The notes: generated by a model not told the origin, from the letters alone. DNA of 64,000 nucleotides from Botryllus schlosseri (GCA_051294905.1 CM119376.1:14322001-14386000), one strand, 5' to 3'. Shown: positions 23,901-38,900, counted from the first letter of the stretch. A program made the numbers and translations.

Positions 23901-26900
23901 GGACTAATATTAAATTTTTTGAAAGATTCTAGTACAGGGGTCACCAACCTTTTTACAACCGAGGGCTACTTTTGCATAATGATTGAAGCGGCGGGCTACT
24001 GTTTACTCCTGCCGTTTACCCGTACCACACTGAATTTCCGCTTTGATATTCATAGCACTGGGCAGGACTGGACATCGTGTTATCTGTTTCTATAGCAGTC
24101 CGTGGGAGGCCTGGCATTGTATGATATCAATTAGCTGTACTCTGGTATGTGACTTGACACTGCAATTCTGAATGAGTGTTCCAGATGTGCATTGATTGAG
24201 CGTGTTTTGTGTTTGCTTTTGATGAAGTTCATGTCCGAAAAGGCTGATTCACAGCGATAAGTTGGACCATAGACGCTTGTAACCTTCATAGCTGCTGCGC
24301 ATACACCAATGTACTTTTCCGTATCAACAATGCACCACATGTTTGCTGCAGACTGAGGTGGGGGTCATTTTGCAGTGTTACAATTTCAATCTCCAACTAT
24401 TCAGCATCCAGAAATGACAAGATTTCATTATACCGGACAGCAGCAACGATTACAGAAAGTTAGACACATGGTATATTAAACTGCGTTGAGTGTAACAGAA
24501 ACAAGCTGTGCAAAAAGATGCAATACGTAATGGGTATACATATATTGAAAATCTGCTAGTACTTAACGGCTATCTGACTCCGAATAGTAATATTGTTTAC
24601 TACTTTGGCATTGTCCTGGTCGTCTAGCTATCGTAACGGAACCCCCCACCATTTCAAGAGGACCGTGGACGGCATTCCGTCATGTCGCCTTTATAGGCAA
24701 TGCGCCGTATCTTGAATTTCTGGTGATTCTATCACGTACATCTATATATTACTAATTGTAATTGAATATATTTTTAAGTGTATATATATGTAAGTTACAT
24801 GTTAGTGTGTTTTAAACAAGAAGAGCTGAATCAATCAATCTGTATATTTAAAAGCTCACTGGTAATAATCTGACGAATATTGGTAAATGCTGCTATTCCA
24901 CCTATTTTTAGAATCGGCTCGCGGGCTACTCATCTAGTCCTCGCGGGCTACCTGGTGCCCGCGGGCACCGGGTTGGTGACCCCTGTTCTAGTACAACTTT
25001 CGAAAGCAGCTGCTCAGCAGTCAGCTCAGCGGCTGTTGTATTGTATACCATCATTGAGCAACTAGCCATGTTTACATCTGGTACCTCTTTTGAAAGGAAT
25101 GTCGATGGCACATTGTTTGTGGGCAAGGTAAAAGAAAAGGCTGTGGCTAAGCAGGAATATGAAGGAGCTGTCAAAGCTGTGAGTTTGGTTGCACGCGATG
25201 CTTTCTTTTTATATATTTGTAGCACTATGTCATCATAATGCAGTGGTTCTTAACCTTTATTAAACTGGCGAACCCTTACGCTACTCGGCAAGCCTTCGGT
25301 GAACTACAAATTTTCGCTGAGTCACAATAACAAAAATCTACCCTAGTACCATTTTAATACATTACTGTATAACACCAATGCACAAAATGAATTGTGTATC
25401 TACATATGACTTCGGTAAAAGTACAAGACCGTTAAATCATGATATCACTAATGAAATGAAGGAATGAATCGGCATCTCAAAAGGACAGAGTTTCGAGTTC
25501 GAAGTTATCGCGCCTATTTCCCTACACCCAATGATGGTCAAGACATGCATACCACAATGAATCTTGGACTTGGGTGTGTGTCTTGACATCTGACGAACGC
25601 CCATGGCCGACTCAGCGAGCCCCGTGTAAGAACCACTGTCATAACGTAGCATATTTGGCCCAATTGATAACGACACGCTATTGTGCAGACTAAATTGAAT
25701 GCAATTTGCAGGGCAACTCCGCTGGATTGGTTACGACTAAAGTGCGCGAAACGCAGACATTCAACGTCGCCGCCAACGTACCGCCACAAGCGAGAGTCGT
25801 ATTCGAACTTGAGTATCAAGAGCTGTTGAAAAGAAGACTTGGAAAATACGAGCAGGTCCTATTTATCAATCCTGGCCAAGTAAGTACACAGAAATCCAAT
25901 CGGAGGCTTTTCCATATCTGTTCACATTGCTAATTGATTGATAATGCCAGATCGTTGATGATTTGTCACTGAATGTATACATAACCGAGGAGATAGGAAT
26001 CAGTACATTGGAAGCTCATCACCCTCAAGGCGGCGAAATGAAGTATAGACGTTTAGTGATTGGTGGATACGATTCGGGCGGCGAGGTGGACATCAGCGTA
26101 CAAATTAGAAGAAGTAAGCATCAGGCGTCAGTCAGGTATTATCTGAGTTCGCTTCACGTCATAACACAGAGACGAATAAAGCAAACGCTGTAATCCTTTG
26201 CAGTTTCAAACCCAACCAAGCGCAGCAGCGGCGCTTGTTGATGATTCCGGAAGATGAGCGCAGAGTGAGCGTAGTATATGACGTCACAAGGGAGAATCTC
26301 GGCGGAGAGCTGCTGACGCGAGACGGTTACTTTGTTCATTTCTTCGCCCCTGAGAATTTGCCGGTGTTACCGAAAAAGGTGGTGTTCGTCATCGACCAGA
26401 GTGGGTCGATGTACGGCAAGAAGATGAGTCAAACGAAAACCGCATTCGAAACTGTACTAAGGGGCATGTCTGACGCAGACGAGTAAGACAATGCTTTGCT
26501 TTCGATTTGGGCTACCTGAGGCCGCAACAAATCCCATTTCCGTTCAAGGTTCAATATTGTAACATTTTCGAATGACGCCCACGTGTGGAAATCTTCTGGG
26601 CTGGTGCCAGTTACGGAAATGACGGTGGAACAGGCCGTACATCACGTGAAACGTATATCTGCTAGTGGAAGTGAGTGGGGAACTGGAAAACGATTTTGCA
26701 TAATTGTGACTCTGCGTGTATAGCTTTGAGTCCAACCAGGACAAAACAGCACTCTCTAAGCCCCCAAAATGCTGGTCTGGGCCGCGATGGGGAGTTCAAA
26801 GAAAATGATGGGTATTCCCCCAGGCCATCCTTCTATGAGAGAGAGAGAGAGAGTCTTTATTTTCATCCAACCAAAATACATAACACACGGCAGTGGTGGT

Positions 26901-29900
26901 ACAGAAAATATGCATGCACAGCAGAGTTGGATCAATTGTAATTTGTAATTGTAATTGAATGTAATTAATTACATTTTCCAATGTAATTGTAATGTAATTG
27001 TAAATGAAGCATTTTTATTTTGTGTAATTGTAATTGTAATTGTAATTTGACAAAAAAATTTCTCAATTACAATTTCAATTACATTAAATTGCTATTGAGA
27101 CCTGACAAGCACAACATAAAACAATTGACTTATAATGCATTCTCTTTAAACGAACGACAAGGAATTTGGTGGATCCATTCGCGAAGGCCATTGACCGCGC
27201 CCTTGCGGGCGAAGTTTATTTTTATTTTCACCGCTATGCTGGCCTCGGCTGCCATTCCATACAATTTTTAAATTACTAACCAACCGATGGATTCGCAACA
27301 CGTGGCTCACGATTGAATACGCCGAGAAGCGAACTGCTGAGCCGGCTAAAAGCAGCAGAATTGATAGTCCCATAGCTGGCGATCCAAGAGTCGAAATTTG
27401 ATATGTATGGTCCTAATCGAGAGCTAGTGTCGCACTGATTCCGCAATAAAAGTATATTTCCAGGCAATGGTACCATCCCAAAATAGTTGTGAAAGTCTGG
27501 GAATCGGCACTGTTCTGAACAATCGCTATGGGCGTAACTGGTAATTGTTGTAGTCATGCTGCTGCAGCGCTCTCACTTTTCAGAACAGTCGGCCTTAAAC
27601 GGCTATTTTGGAGCAGTTACATTGCCCTGACGAGATTTTATTTTGTATTTTCGGAATTAGTACATCAATAGCTTACGATGAAGACCAGATGCATCAAATT
27701 TGGACGCATGGATCGCCAGCTCTAGGACTATAAAGTTTGCTGGTTTTAGCCGACTTTTCAGTACGTTTGTCGGTGCATTCATCCGTGACTCACATATTGC
27801 GCATCTATCCGTGGGTTGGCAATCTACAATACGATTTCAGATCACGATGATGCATCGTTATTTCGTCTGGCTAACTAACCAGACCACTGGATATTATATA
27901 ACGTCTTATCTGACAAAGCACGGTTTTGTTTTTACTCCTCATCCTAATTCCTACGTCCCTCGATAAAAATAATATTGTTTCTTTAATTATATACTATATA
28001 CGCGAATCCAACACATGCATAATATGCATGCATTGCATATATTATAATACTTTTTCAACGACATACTGCACCCTATCCTCAATCCTAACCCATAGGAAAT
28101 TAGGTAGATAACATTTTACATTTCCAATTACGTGAGCCATAATTACCTAGCACACAAAACACGCTTACATTACGTCACAGTGACATCTTACATAGCATAC
28201 TATGTACCAGAGATGAGCGGATTTGAAATTTCTATGTCCTAATCCAATCCAAATCCGAACCTTCAAATCCAAATCCAAATCCTAATCCATAACTTTTTTA
28301 TATTCAAGTCCATGTCCAATCCTAATCCGATTCCAACAGGAAATTCAGAAAAAATACTAATTTATGCAATGGAGGGATTCGAAAATTTTCTTTCACAACC
28401 AACGATTCACTTGATTCAAGATAACTTAGTAACCATAAGTACATTAATAACTGATCTGAATAAAGTTTGTCGCCATTCGTCACACGACATTTCAATCTCC
28501 CAGAAAATAGTTCAATCCAATCCAAATCCTAATCCGTTGTGAAAAAAATTTCTAATCCAAATCCAATCCAAATCCGACAAAATTTCACAAATCCTGTTTT
28601 TTCAAAACCTAATCCTAATCCATGCTCATCTCTGCTATGTACGTACGCACATCAACGCAATTATTACTACACAATCTGAACTAGACTTGAATTGTTGTTA
28701 AATACGACGCTACGGTTGTCAAGGACCACGGTTGAATTTATGACTATTTAATTACATGTTCAACAGCAGCAATTGTAATTGTAATGTAATTGATGCATAC
28801 AAGGAGTAATTGTAATTGTAATGTAATTGATGCATGCAAGGAGTAATTGTAATTGTAATTGTAATTTGATATTTTTAGCATAGAGTAATTGTAATTGTAA
28901 TGTAATTGAAACATTCATGAAAGTAATTGTAATTGTAATTGTAATTGAGCTGAAATAATGTAATTGATCCAACTCTGATGCACAGTATTCGGTATTAGAT
29001 AGGAATGATCGATAAGACCGTGAATGTCATCTAGTCTGATCACACCAGCATCAAACATGTTCACTTGACTCTAAACAGTCTGGCAGTAAAAAATGTTACG
29101 GTAGTTAAAAAAATAAAATAGAAGAAAATTAAACGATGGTAGCAAATGATCAATGAAGCAATGTCTGGGCGACGCAGGGCAACAGTGTTAGTGTAACGAC
29201 AAGAGGTGATCAAGTAGGGCTTTTTTGAATCTATTATGAGGCAATTCACGGATATGTGGTGGTAATGCATTCCAGATGATAGGTCCCGAGTAGTCGATAG
29301 ATCTCTTAGTTAGGTTGCTATTGGGTGCGGGTAAGTAGATATTTCCTTTAGACGAGGATCTCGTGTAGTGGGAGTGGACATTTTTAGCAGGCATGAAAAA
29401 GTCATCAAACACAGGAGGTAAACTATTGGAAAAATATTTGTGAATGACTATGAGTCATTTCATAACTACCATTTATANNNNNNNNNNNNNNNNNNNNNNN
29501 NNNNNNNNNNNNNNNNNNNNNNNNNNNNNNNNNNNNNNNNNNNNNNNNNNNNNNNNNNNNNNNNNNNNNNNNNNNNNNNNNNNNNNNNNNNNNNNNNNNN
29601 NNNNNNNNNNNNNNNNNNCCGACATTACGTGAATCAGGAACGAGCATGAAGAAGTAACGGTGAACGCAAGACCTATCTATTTATTTATATCGTCTTGCTA
29701 CGCATTTGTTTTCTAGTCGCACGAAACGCGAATTTTTTTAAAAGTTTATGAATGACTTTGGTCATTAACAGCTGTACTTGCGTATACTACTATTACTTCT
29801 TCATTCTCTCTCACGTACGTGATCAGATTTATCGGTATAACTGATGGAGTTGATGACTTTGCAATTGCATGACATAGTAGTCTACAGGCCATGTTCGATC

Positions 29901-32900
29901 ATGCCACTCGGTCAAGACCAATGTTCCCTCTAATTTTTGATGAGTCTGCGCACACTCACCAACTCACTGCGCATACCCTTGGACAACAGTGCATATCGAC
30001 TAAAAAAGGTCATTACTTCGGATTTTGTGTGAGCAACTTAGATTTTCTGTGCACAGAGACCGTGTCAGCGTTATGCGTTATGCGTTATGCGTTATGCGTT
30101 ATGCGTTATGCGGTTATGCGTCCGGCTTCTCGAGCGGAAGGTCGTGGGTTCGATCCCCGGCCGGGTCATACCAAAGACTCGAAAAATGGTATCCGCAGCT
30201 ATCCTGCTAGGCGCTCAGCAATCACGGATAGCATGGAGGAGAAAAAAAAACGGGGGCGCAGACTAGATGACCTCATGGGGCCGTATCGCAACTCCGTCGC
30301 CAAAGCATCTCGATGGTGCAGGCGAGAAAGAATATCATATCTCTCTCTGTCAGCACTGCGCATTTGCGCACGTGCGCAGCTTAGAGGGAACATTGGTCAA
30401 GACTATTCATGAGGCTTATAGCCCCGCATTAGCAGTTTGCAAAAAGCACAGCGCACACTCCACACCAACAGACTAAATAACACATCCCAACGGTCTCAAG
30501 TGATACTAGGAAGTTATTGTTCTCTCATAGTTGCGCATATACGTTTGGACTCATTTCTGTAAAATAGGCAAGAAAATTTTAATTTATGTTGACTTACGAA
30601 ATAATTCTGGGCCCCTACGAGCTTGGGCTCCTAAATTGGGCTGGTTTGTTTTGCGGCAGATGCGGTCCCGAGTCCTTCATTATAAGTGTGTGACGGTGTG
30701 CAATGTGCATGTGTGATGAACAGGGCCACGATTCGAACACTCGAATTCCAATTGAGAGTCGATTGCAATGATTCGAGTCGAGAAGTGAAAGGCGATTTTT
30801 CCAGTATAGAAATTAAATGCACTTTGCTCTTTGCTACTTTATCTGCAAGATTCATAGTTTCGATGCTTTCTTTCTCCTATTGGAGCCTCAAACCCCGATT
30901 GACCGTATCACAGTACCCAATGCGTCAAAGACGCGTGGAATCGATGATATCTAACTCTTTATATACCCTACATTGTTGATTTCACTCCTAGGTACCAACC
31001 TGAACGACGCTCTTCTGAAAGCTGTTGAGATTTTGGGTACGACAGAGCGCAGAAGTGACGTCTTAACTACGATTATCGCTCTGACCGATGGTGATCCAAC
31101 GGTGGGAGTCACCAATGAAAAGGCAATCCGAGAAAACGTAAAGTCGAGCATCAGAGGAGCTATCTCGTTGTTCTGCATTGGCTTCGGCAATGACTTGAAT
31201 CACGACTTTCTCAAGAAGCTGTCCAATGACAACGACGGCGTCGCCAGGTAGGATACCGTAACAAAATAACCCCAATACTAGGGTCACCATATTTTGGAAT
31301 CAGGAAAGGTGGACACTTTGTAAAAAACAGAAAAGTTAGCTTACCGAAATTGAAAACGGCTGGTTTTGAAATATTTAGTCTTGTTGTGTTCACTAAAAAA
31401 ATTAAATCAAAAAAGGTCATCACTATGATCTGACTCCCGAATGACCAGCTCGAACGTCTGCTTTACATATTTCGCGTCATTTATGCCGATTTTCAGTTGC
31501 TCCTGTCCATTAGCCTGTCTGTAAAAGGTGTAAAGGAGGACGGAATGCTAAAAAAAGAGGACATTCAGGCGTCCTCGGAGGACATTTTTAATTTCCTGAA
31601 AAATGAGGATAAATCCCCCTAAAGGAGGTCGTATGGCAAACCTAGATGATACTCAGGCTTAAGAACTGCCGGGAATTTTCAATATTGAGTTTCGTGCAAA
31701 GGAAAACTCCAGTGTGAACGATCGGATTCAAAATATTTTTTATCAAGCCGCAGTTGCAACCGGTACATCTTTGTCCAATGGGTCGCGAGTTCGAGTACGA
31801 CTGCGGTCGACTCCAGAATTACAACCTACCGTAAGTGCTGGAGGTTTATCAGTGTTTAACTATAGATCACTAACCTACCGAGAGATACGCAAGTTCAGAC
31901 GTCACGCTTGTACAAACAGTGTCGTTTACTGCTGCGCAAGGCAAAAGAAGCAATATTGGTAATCCTACAGATTGCTTCCTGACTGCAAAATTTGGCGGAA
32001 CTGGTTAAAATCGAAAGCTACTGTCTCAATGGTTCCGAAATACAAATTAAATCTTATCCCAAGGTCAGAAATCTATAGCTTCACAAAAGCCTAGACTCTA
32101 CCGGTAAATGTCATCAAGTATGCCGAGAGAGGAACACAATATTCATGCAACACTGATAATATCGACAATATTGAATCTATAACTCTAAAAGAATTTCGAG
32201 CTTCGCGTGACTATACAAAGTAACTACACTCTGATTTTTCAAAACCCTGTTGCTAGCTATTTCAACTCGTTCATGAATCGTGAATCGCGTACCCCGTTTT
32301 TAAGTCGGATGCATGAAGGGTAATGATGAAATTACCCGTAGAGGTAAAAGGGTTATGAAGGCTTCGTTGTCCAGTGGTTAGCTTGATCATGATCACCCTA
32401 TGAAGGCCAAGACCGACGTTTTCGGGGGTGGAGAGCTGGTCGCAGCTACACCCGCTTTATTGACACCACAAAATCAAACGTGTTGTTTTGGTAGCCTAAT
32501 GGACCGCCAGTTATTTGAAAAAATGCCAAGAGACCGTTTCATGAATTTTTATGAAAAGTTTAGGAACCACTGAGATATACAATTGCTCATCTGTATGAAT
32601 TGCTGGTATGGGCGATAAGCTGAATTTTGTACTTGAAGCGATCGCTGAGATCATTTTACGGCGGCGCTATGGTCAAAATGCTTTATACTCTGCAAAATAG
32701 AGTAAATACGTTAGGCATATGGCGTATGTGACCGTCGGAACTGCAGCAACACTCTCAGTGAACTCGACTGGTTTACCGACTTTGGATACGCGGCAGATTG
32801 ACAGAGTCTTGCGGTTACCTGGCGGTATGCAATGTAACGCAACGCAACTCATTTCTTATTTGCATCGCAGGAAGATTTACCCGGACTCCGACGCACATCT

Positions 32901-35900
32901 GCAACTGGAAGGGTTTTTCCAGGAAGTGGCCACCCCATTACTACTCAATGTCAATATCCGCTACATCGGCATGAACATCGAAGACGTTAGCAAATCCAAA
33001 ATCGATAAATACTTCAAAGGCTCCGAAGTTGTTGTTGTTGGAACCATGCTGGAGCGTGAGTGTCTAAGAATATGTAATGGATTTGATACTCGATATATCA
33101 TTTTCTGTCGGAATTTCAAGCGACACTAGCCAATGATTCTGAATATGATCTGCCCGCAAATTTGTGACATCTCCAGCACCGTTTGTCAGGATCGCGACTA
33201 ATTTATGGATTGGACACGATTCATACTGCAGTGGTAATGGCTTTAGTGGTAATGAAATCATTACGCGCCTCTGAATATTCGACTTTCGACGCATAATATC
33301 TTAGAGTTGCGTTTGACAAGTAGGCTACTACTATAATATATTACCTATTTTCGTCATAGAACGTGGTCTGATCCGACTTATCATATCAGTGATGAGCGGA
33401 TATTGATTCTTGAGAATCCGAATCCGTCCGACAGCTTGAGTTTCTGAGGAACTATCCATCCGAATCCGAACAATCGCAACCAAAAACCCATGCGAATCCG
33501 AATAATGTCGTCCACAATTCGAAAAATCCGAATCGAGTAACTTTTCCGAAGAATCTTAATTGTACATCTGAGCTGCTTTCAGGGATAAGCAGTAAACACG
33601 GTTCTGGTGCACAAAGGTTTAGCAGCTAAGCATTACTCATCACAAATACCCACCCACCCACACCTGAGCTGCGAATAGTTTTTAGAAAGGCTAAGGTTAG
33701 GAATAGCTGACATCTAAATTTGCTTTGACCTTTGAGTGAACAAATTTATAGTGTTACTAATCCTATCAGAACGTGTTTACTGTCCGTGTTTGGTTGTCGA
33801 TCTGACGATTTTTTTCTCTTGAATTCAATCACGTCACGTCACGTCAAGTCACGTCTGGTCAGAACTATCCAGAAATATCCGAAGCAGAAGTTACAACTAT
33901 CCGAAAATATCCGAAACAAAATCTACAATAGAATCCGAATCCGATCCTACTGTCTTAAATTGTCAACGAAACCGATCCGAACCCTATCCGAGTCCGTCCG
34001 ATACTCATCACTGGCTCATATGTGCGTGTCAGCGCCACCAAACGCCGAAATTATCCACGGACAATCCCGCCGACTGGCGTAATTTCACAACATGCTTTCA
34101 TTAGGAATAGCCATAACATTCAATGTATCTGTCACAGAGACGCTGGTCGAAGCACAAATTACCGGAACAAACGGGGAAGGAAATGTAGAATACACTACGG
34201 TTGGTCAAGAGATTGACGAGGGTTTTAGCCATACCGAAGAAGACACCGGCAGTTTCAGCAACTTCATTGAACGATTGTGGGCGTATTCCACCATCAACGA
34301 ATTACTTAACGACAAAGTGTTGGTAGAAACCCAGGTACGCGCGGGCAATCGGGCATGAGCAATGTTCTTACATTTTCATGATTATAGGCGAGTTTTACCC
34401 GGTAAACCCCTTTAGGTGGGATGAAGTATGTTTACGTGAATCATATTCAACCGTTTTGGCTAATAGCCTATTTCACCTCAGATCTTAATATTTCGACTTA
34501 TGAACGTTCGTAACTTTTTCTATGCAGGCGGAGGTGGATACTATCACGGCAAAAGTTACCAGTCTCGCATTGAAGTATAACTTCGTCACTCCATTTACCT
34601 CGATGGTCGTGGTTTTACCGGAAGATGAAATAACTACCACTGCTGGTAATTGGTCTTCTTAATCTTATTGATTGCGCAATGGATTCCGCACTGTCGTAAA
34701 TAGGAGAGACAGACTCACCGAGAGAAGGATTGATTAATTATTTGTTTGTAAAATAGCGAAAAATAATCATACAGTCATATGGAATCATATGGAACGCGAC
34801 ATTTCCATATCCAATATCCTCTTCACTCGTTCCATATCATACTTACAATTTCCCATACTATAGCAACATTCTTATACTATATTTGATTTTTCGTACTTTC
34901 TCAGTTGCCCAATATTTCGGATACTATTCTATTTGTGATGTGTGAACATTTTCCGGCGTCTACATTCCAGTTAATTTAGATGAAACTAACAATCAAACAA
35001 CTCTGACGCATCAATTCCATTCCCAAGTTCTTTGTGTCAGCAAATCAACGATATGTACAACTTATAAGTTGGCCTTAATCATCGAAGACAGAACGTGAAA
35101 TATATGCGGGATTCTTCGAGAATCTCAATAGAAGCACGATAGATTCATAACATGTAAAACTAGAGTGCCAACAGACTGCTAGCAGTAGTGTACAGATACC
35201 ATCGACAAAATTGCATAACCCAAAAGTATTGTCGCCTTAGAATATATCTCAGACTATTATTTTACATCGATCTAATCATTAAGGATGTTGAGATGGTGGA
35301 TCAAGTCCAATTTCCCACCCCCATGCATGCATGCATGATGCATGCGTCATATAGTCACAAGATTTATTAACCAATACCAGTGGTATCCGTTGCTTACTCA
35401 GGAAGAACGAGATTAAATGAAATTACAATGCGTGTTCGAGGAAGAAATTTCGTAACAAAGCTCCGATAAATTATATTTTCGTGAATTTCAGTGGTACTCA
35501 GCCGCCGGTCCGTGGGAAGTTTCCTGCCGGTCCGCCAAATATATTAGCATTTTGTATCTCATTTCCAAGAGAAATTGGACGCTTTTACATTAATTAGGGA
35601 AATAAAACATCAAATTTTAAATTGACCAGTAGGCTTGGGACTTATCTTGTGCATGGTCTACTCTGGGCCTACATCACAATGGTGCAAGTGCTGTACGAAA
35701 CTGGAACTTGTTTCCGTCAAGTTATGTGTGAGGCCTACGGAGACTATAAACAAATTTGGTTAAATTCCGTCAGCGCAATTAGGCGACACTTATAAAAGAG
35801 GCTATAGCAAACAGAAAACTATAGCATTTCTTTCAAAGGATACCAAACAATCGCAATCAAGTTAGTGCTCTATGACTTCGCGACCTTCGCCTTGCAAAAA

Positions 35901-38900
35901 CTTTAGTATAACCAGCACGTATAAATATCGAATATCACCAAGGCAGCAATAACTGAAGTTTTCAATATTATACCTGCGTTGCATACATTTGTCGCAATAA
36001 ATTTTTGGGTGAATTTTGATTTTTGAAGGTTCACCGATCCGCAACATTTATTTTGAAGTTTTGCCGGACCACGAGGTCAAGAAGGTTAGGAACCACTGAA
36101 ATGAAAATGATGCATTTGTCAAAATCATTGCGCGACGATAATAATCCGAGCGAAGCGCAAAGTTTAACGAGTTATTATATATATATTCCAGTGACTGTAC
36201 ATTTTTAGAGTCTATGATTTTAAGACTCTTGGCAGTTTGCGGCAGTGTTCGGATCAAGCCACTATCTTCGAGTCACCCTCACGAGCCATCACGAGTCATT
36301 GCACATTTTGATTCGAGTCAAGTCAAGTCAATCGATTTTCGAAGATGACTTGAGTCAAGTCGACTCAAGTCAGGTCACGAGTCAAGTCGCGATTTAAGCT
36401 AAATTGAATTTTCTAAGTATGAGTGATGATGCAAAGTCATTACATTTTGCCAACTGGGTGAAAGACAGATTAATTGGTCATTCATTTTGAACCAAATAAC
36501 GAATATAAAGTTAAATAAACATGCAAAAAGGCGTTGTATCGTTCTTGCACACGTAGAACTGCTAATAAAATACGCGAGTAACTGCGTATAGCTACATACT
36601 ACAGTCCGTTATTATCAGCCAAAATAGAGGCTCGAATAATAAGCCTCGAGAAGTTGAAACACGTTGATATAGTACAATACACTAACCATCTACACATCCA
36701 TGAGAATATAGCGCATAAAGTATGTTCGTTCGATTTAAATTATACAAGAGTGCTGGTAAAGGTGAGCACTGCGTAACGTAAGCACTGGGCCGTCTAAGAA
36801 ACGAAGATACGTTGCTATTACATTAATCTACTAACAATACGACAAGGTAAGCTGTGATCGTTTCGTTTGCAGTCCATTTATTTGTGATGTAACAATGGAG
36901 GATCAGGGAAACGTACAATCAGTGAATGACTGGTTGCCCTCACAAGTGACATCGGCGTATCGTGACAATCCGAACGTACATAAGATAGGGTGATGTAATC
37001 GACACCGTTTAATTGATAACTTGGAATTGACTCGTAAAATTTGCACCGAGTCACGAGTCAATTGACATTTCTGAAGCGCCGAGTCAAGTCAAGTCATTTT
37101 TGTAAGTGACTCGAGTCAAGTCAAGTCATACGAAAAAGTGACTCGAGTCTGACTCGAGTCAAGTCATGTTGCACAACTTTGTTGGCTTCAAAAATATCTT
37201 GACCAGGGTGGGTGGGACCATCTGAGTTGCAACTTGAGACTTGAACAGAGATCTGCCAGTAAAGGGTTTCTTGGGGTATGCAATCTGGTGCTGCTAAAAC
37301 TGACAGAGTAATTCCATACCATAACATAAACATACTTGGAAATTTCCATACCATAACATGAACAATGAACATATTCGTGCACTTCCATATTCCATATCTA
37401 CATTTCGTTCCATACCATACCACACCATACTGTGCCCTATCTATTTATAAATATTGCGCGTTTATAGGCACACTTGCTTCGAAACATCAACATCACCTTC
37501 ACCAATGTTTTTAAGGTCACCATATTAACATGGCGGCCCTTTATGCCGGAAAATGATTTTGTCTCTCTAGTGTTTTCTCATTACACGTCGGATGATCGGT
37601 ATTATAAGTATTTCGGTGAAAAATCCAATGTCTTCATGAAATCGTTGTCCAGTTTGGTTGCGACCAAATCCATAACACGATGGCTCTATAATAATCAGAC
37701 TCTTCAGGGGCTCAGACTATCGATGACCACTGACAAGTTTTGCATTCTCCCCGGATCGAGTCTCGTAAATAACACGTTTCGAAGGTGCCGGGGATATACC
37801 TGGGTTCCTCCTTCCATACGTCGCTGTTTTTATGTCATCTTTCTGAAAAAACTCCCAGAGAATGATCCGGTGCTCCTACAGAATTCATGTCTGCTGCCTG
37901 TTCTGATTCAAGCTCCACCGGATCCGTTCATTGTTTCGCATTTTACATTGTTTGTCTTGAATGGATGAAAACAATAGAACCGCTGGAAGGCGCTGATTAT
38001 GATCATGATTATCGAAAAGTAACGACATCAACTCAACATGTTTCTCTTATTTACCAGCCGATTCCACCGTGTCACCGATTCCCGTATGCCTGAGACGTGG
38101 ACAGGAAGTACCACAAAACTCTGAATCCCCTACCATTTCGTGTCCTTATATATTCGAGGGGTCTAGGCAAGGCACGGCATCCAATTGGAATTCGGTCGCG
38201 TCACCGCGAGGAATCCCTGCACTTCAGCCCAGAATGTTATCACATCACAGCCGCGGTCGAATGAGGTCAGGCAGCCGCGTGTCTTTCATGGCTAGAAGAC
38301 GCAGGATAGGAGTCGGTCGGAAAGTTGCCAGCCGCGCGAGAATGAGCAGTGCGAGCATGAACACCGCACTGAACATTGCACTGAATCCGTATCCGTCGCA
38401 CGATGCTATGAGTGCAATGAGCTTCGCCGACGAGGATGTTTACCTGCCTCCTCCTCCAGGTAAATATTCCGACACTGCTCTCATAACCTCGCATTCGACA
38501 CGTCGTATTTTGTGGTGTTGCGATGCTGTAAGAAGCGAATATCGTTCAAATGACCTGTCGGGCGTGAGCGCCGACAGTTGAATGTCCTTCTCCAAGCTCA
38601 TCACATCAGCATAATTGATATAGGTTTCTTGTTTTGGAATTAATGAGTGCATACGGCGTATCGCAGCCAATATATTTCCAATACATATAAATAACTGTAC
38701 ATTCTGTTTCTAACTAGTATTGTATATCCGCTATAGGTGTCCCGTTGGTATTGTCGTTGTCGAAATAGGGATGTTGTTGGTGGTTGTTCAAGTATTCATA
38801 GTGTTTCCACTACTTTAATCATTTTACACCAATCCGATACCATATTTGCATTATAATTTCTGCGCTGCCAACTTATAGCACGGTCCACTTTCGTCCTAGG

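Noticed and set aside
12045-28977. Three hAT elements each about 2.0 kb long
   Set aside because: Two contain nested insertions, so the similar size is coincidental.
29891-30412. 173-aa ORF with a repeated VMRYALC
   Set aside because: Product of the TTATGCG repeat and SINE body; not a gene.
34033-34078. Possible 46-nt micro-exon (PPPNAEIIHGQSRRL) before exon 10
   Set aside because: Its exit phase is incompatible with any nearby acceptor; direct splicing 33055 to 34138 is in frame.
37474-37968. 164-aa ORF in ITIH-1 intron 11
   Set aside because: No recognisable domain and no phase-compatible splice pair found; starts at TTG.
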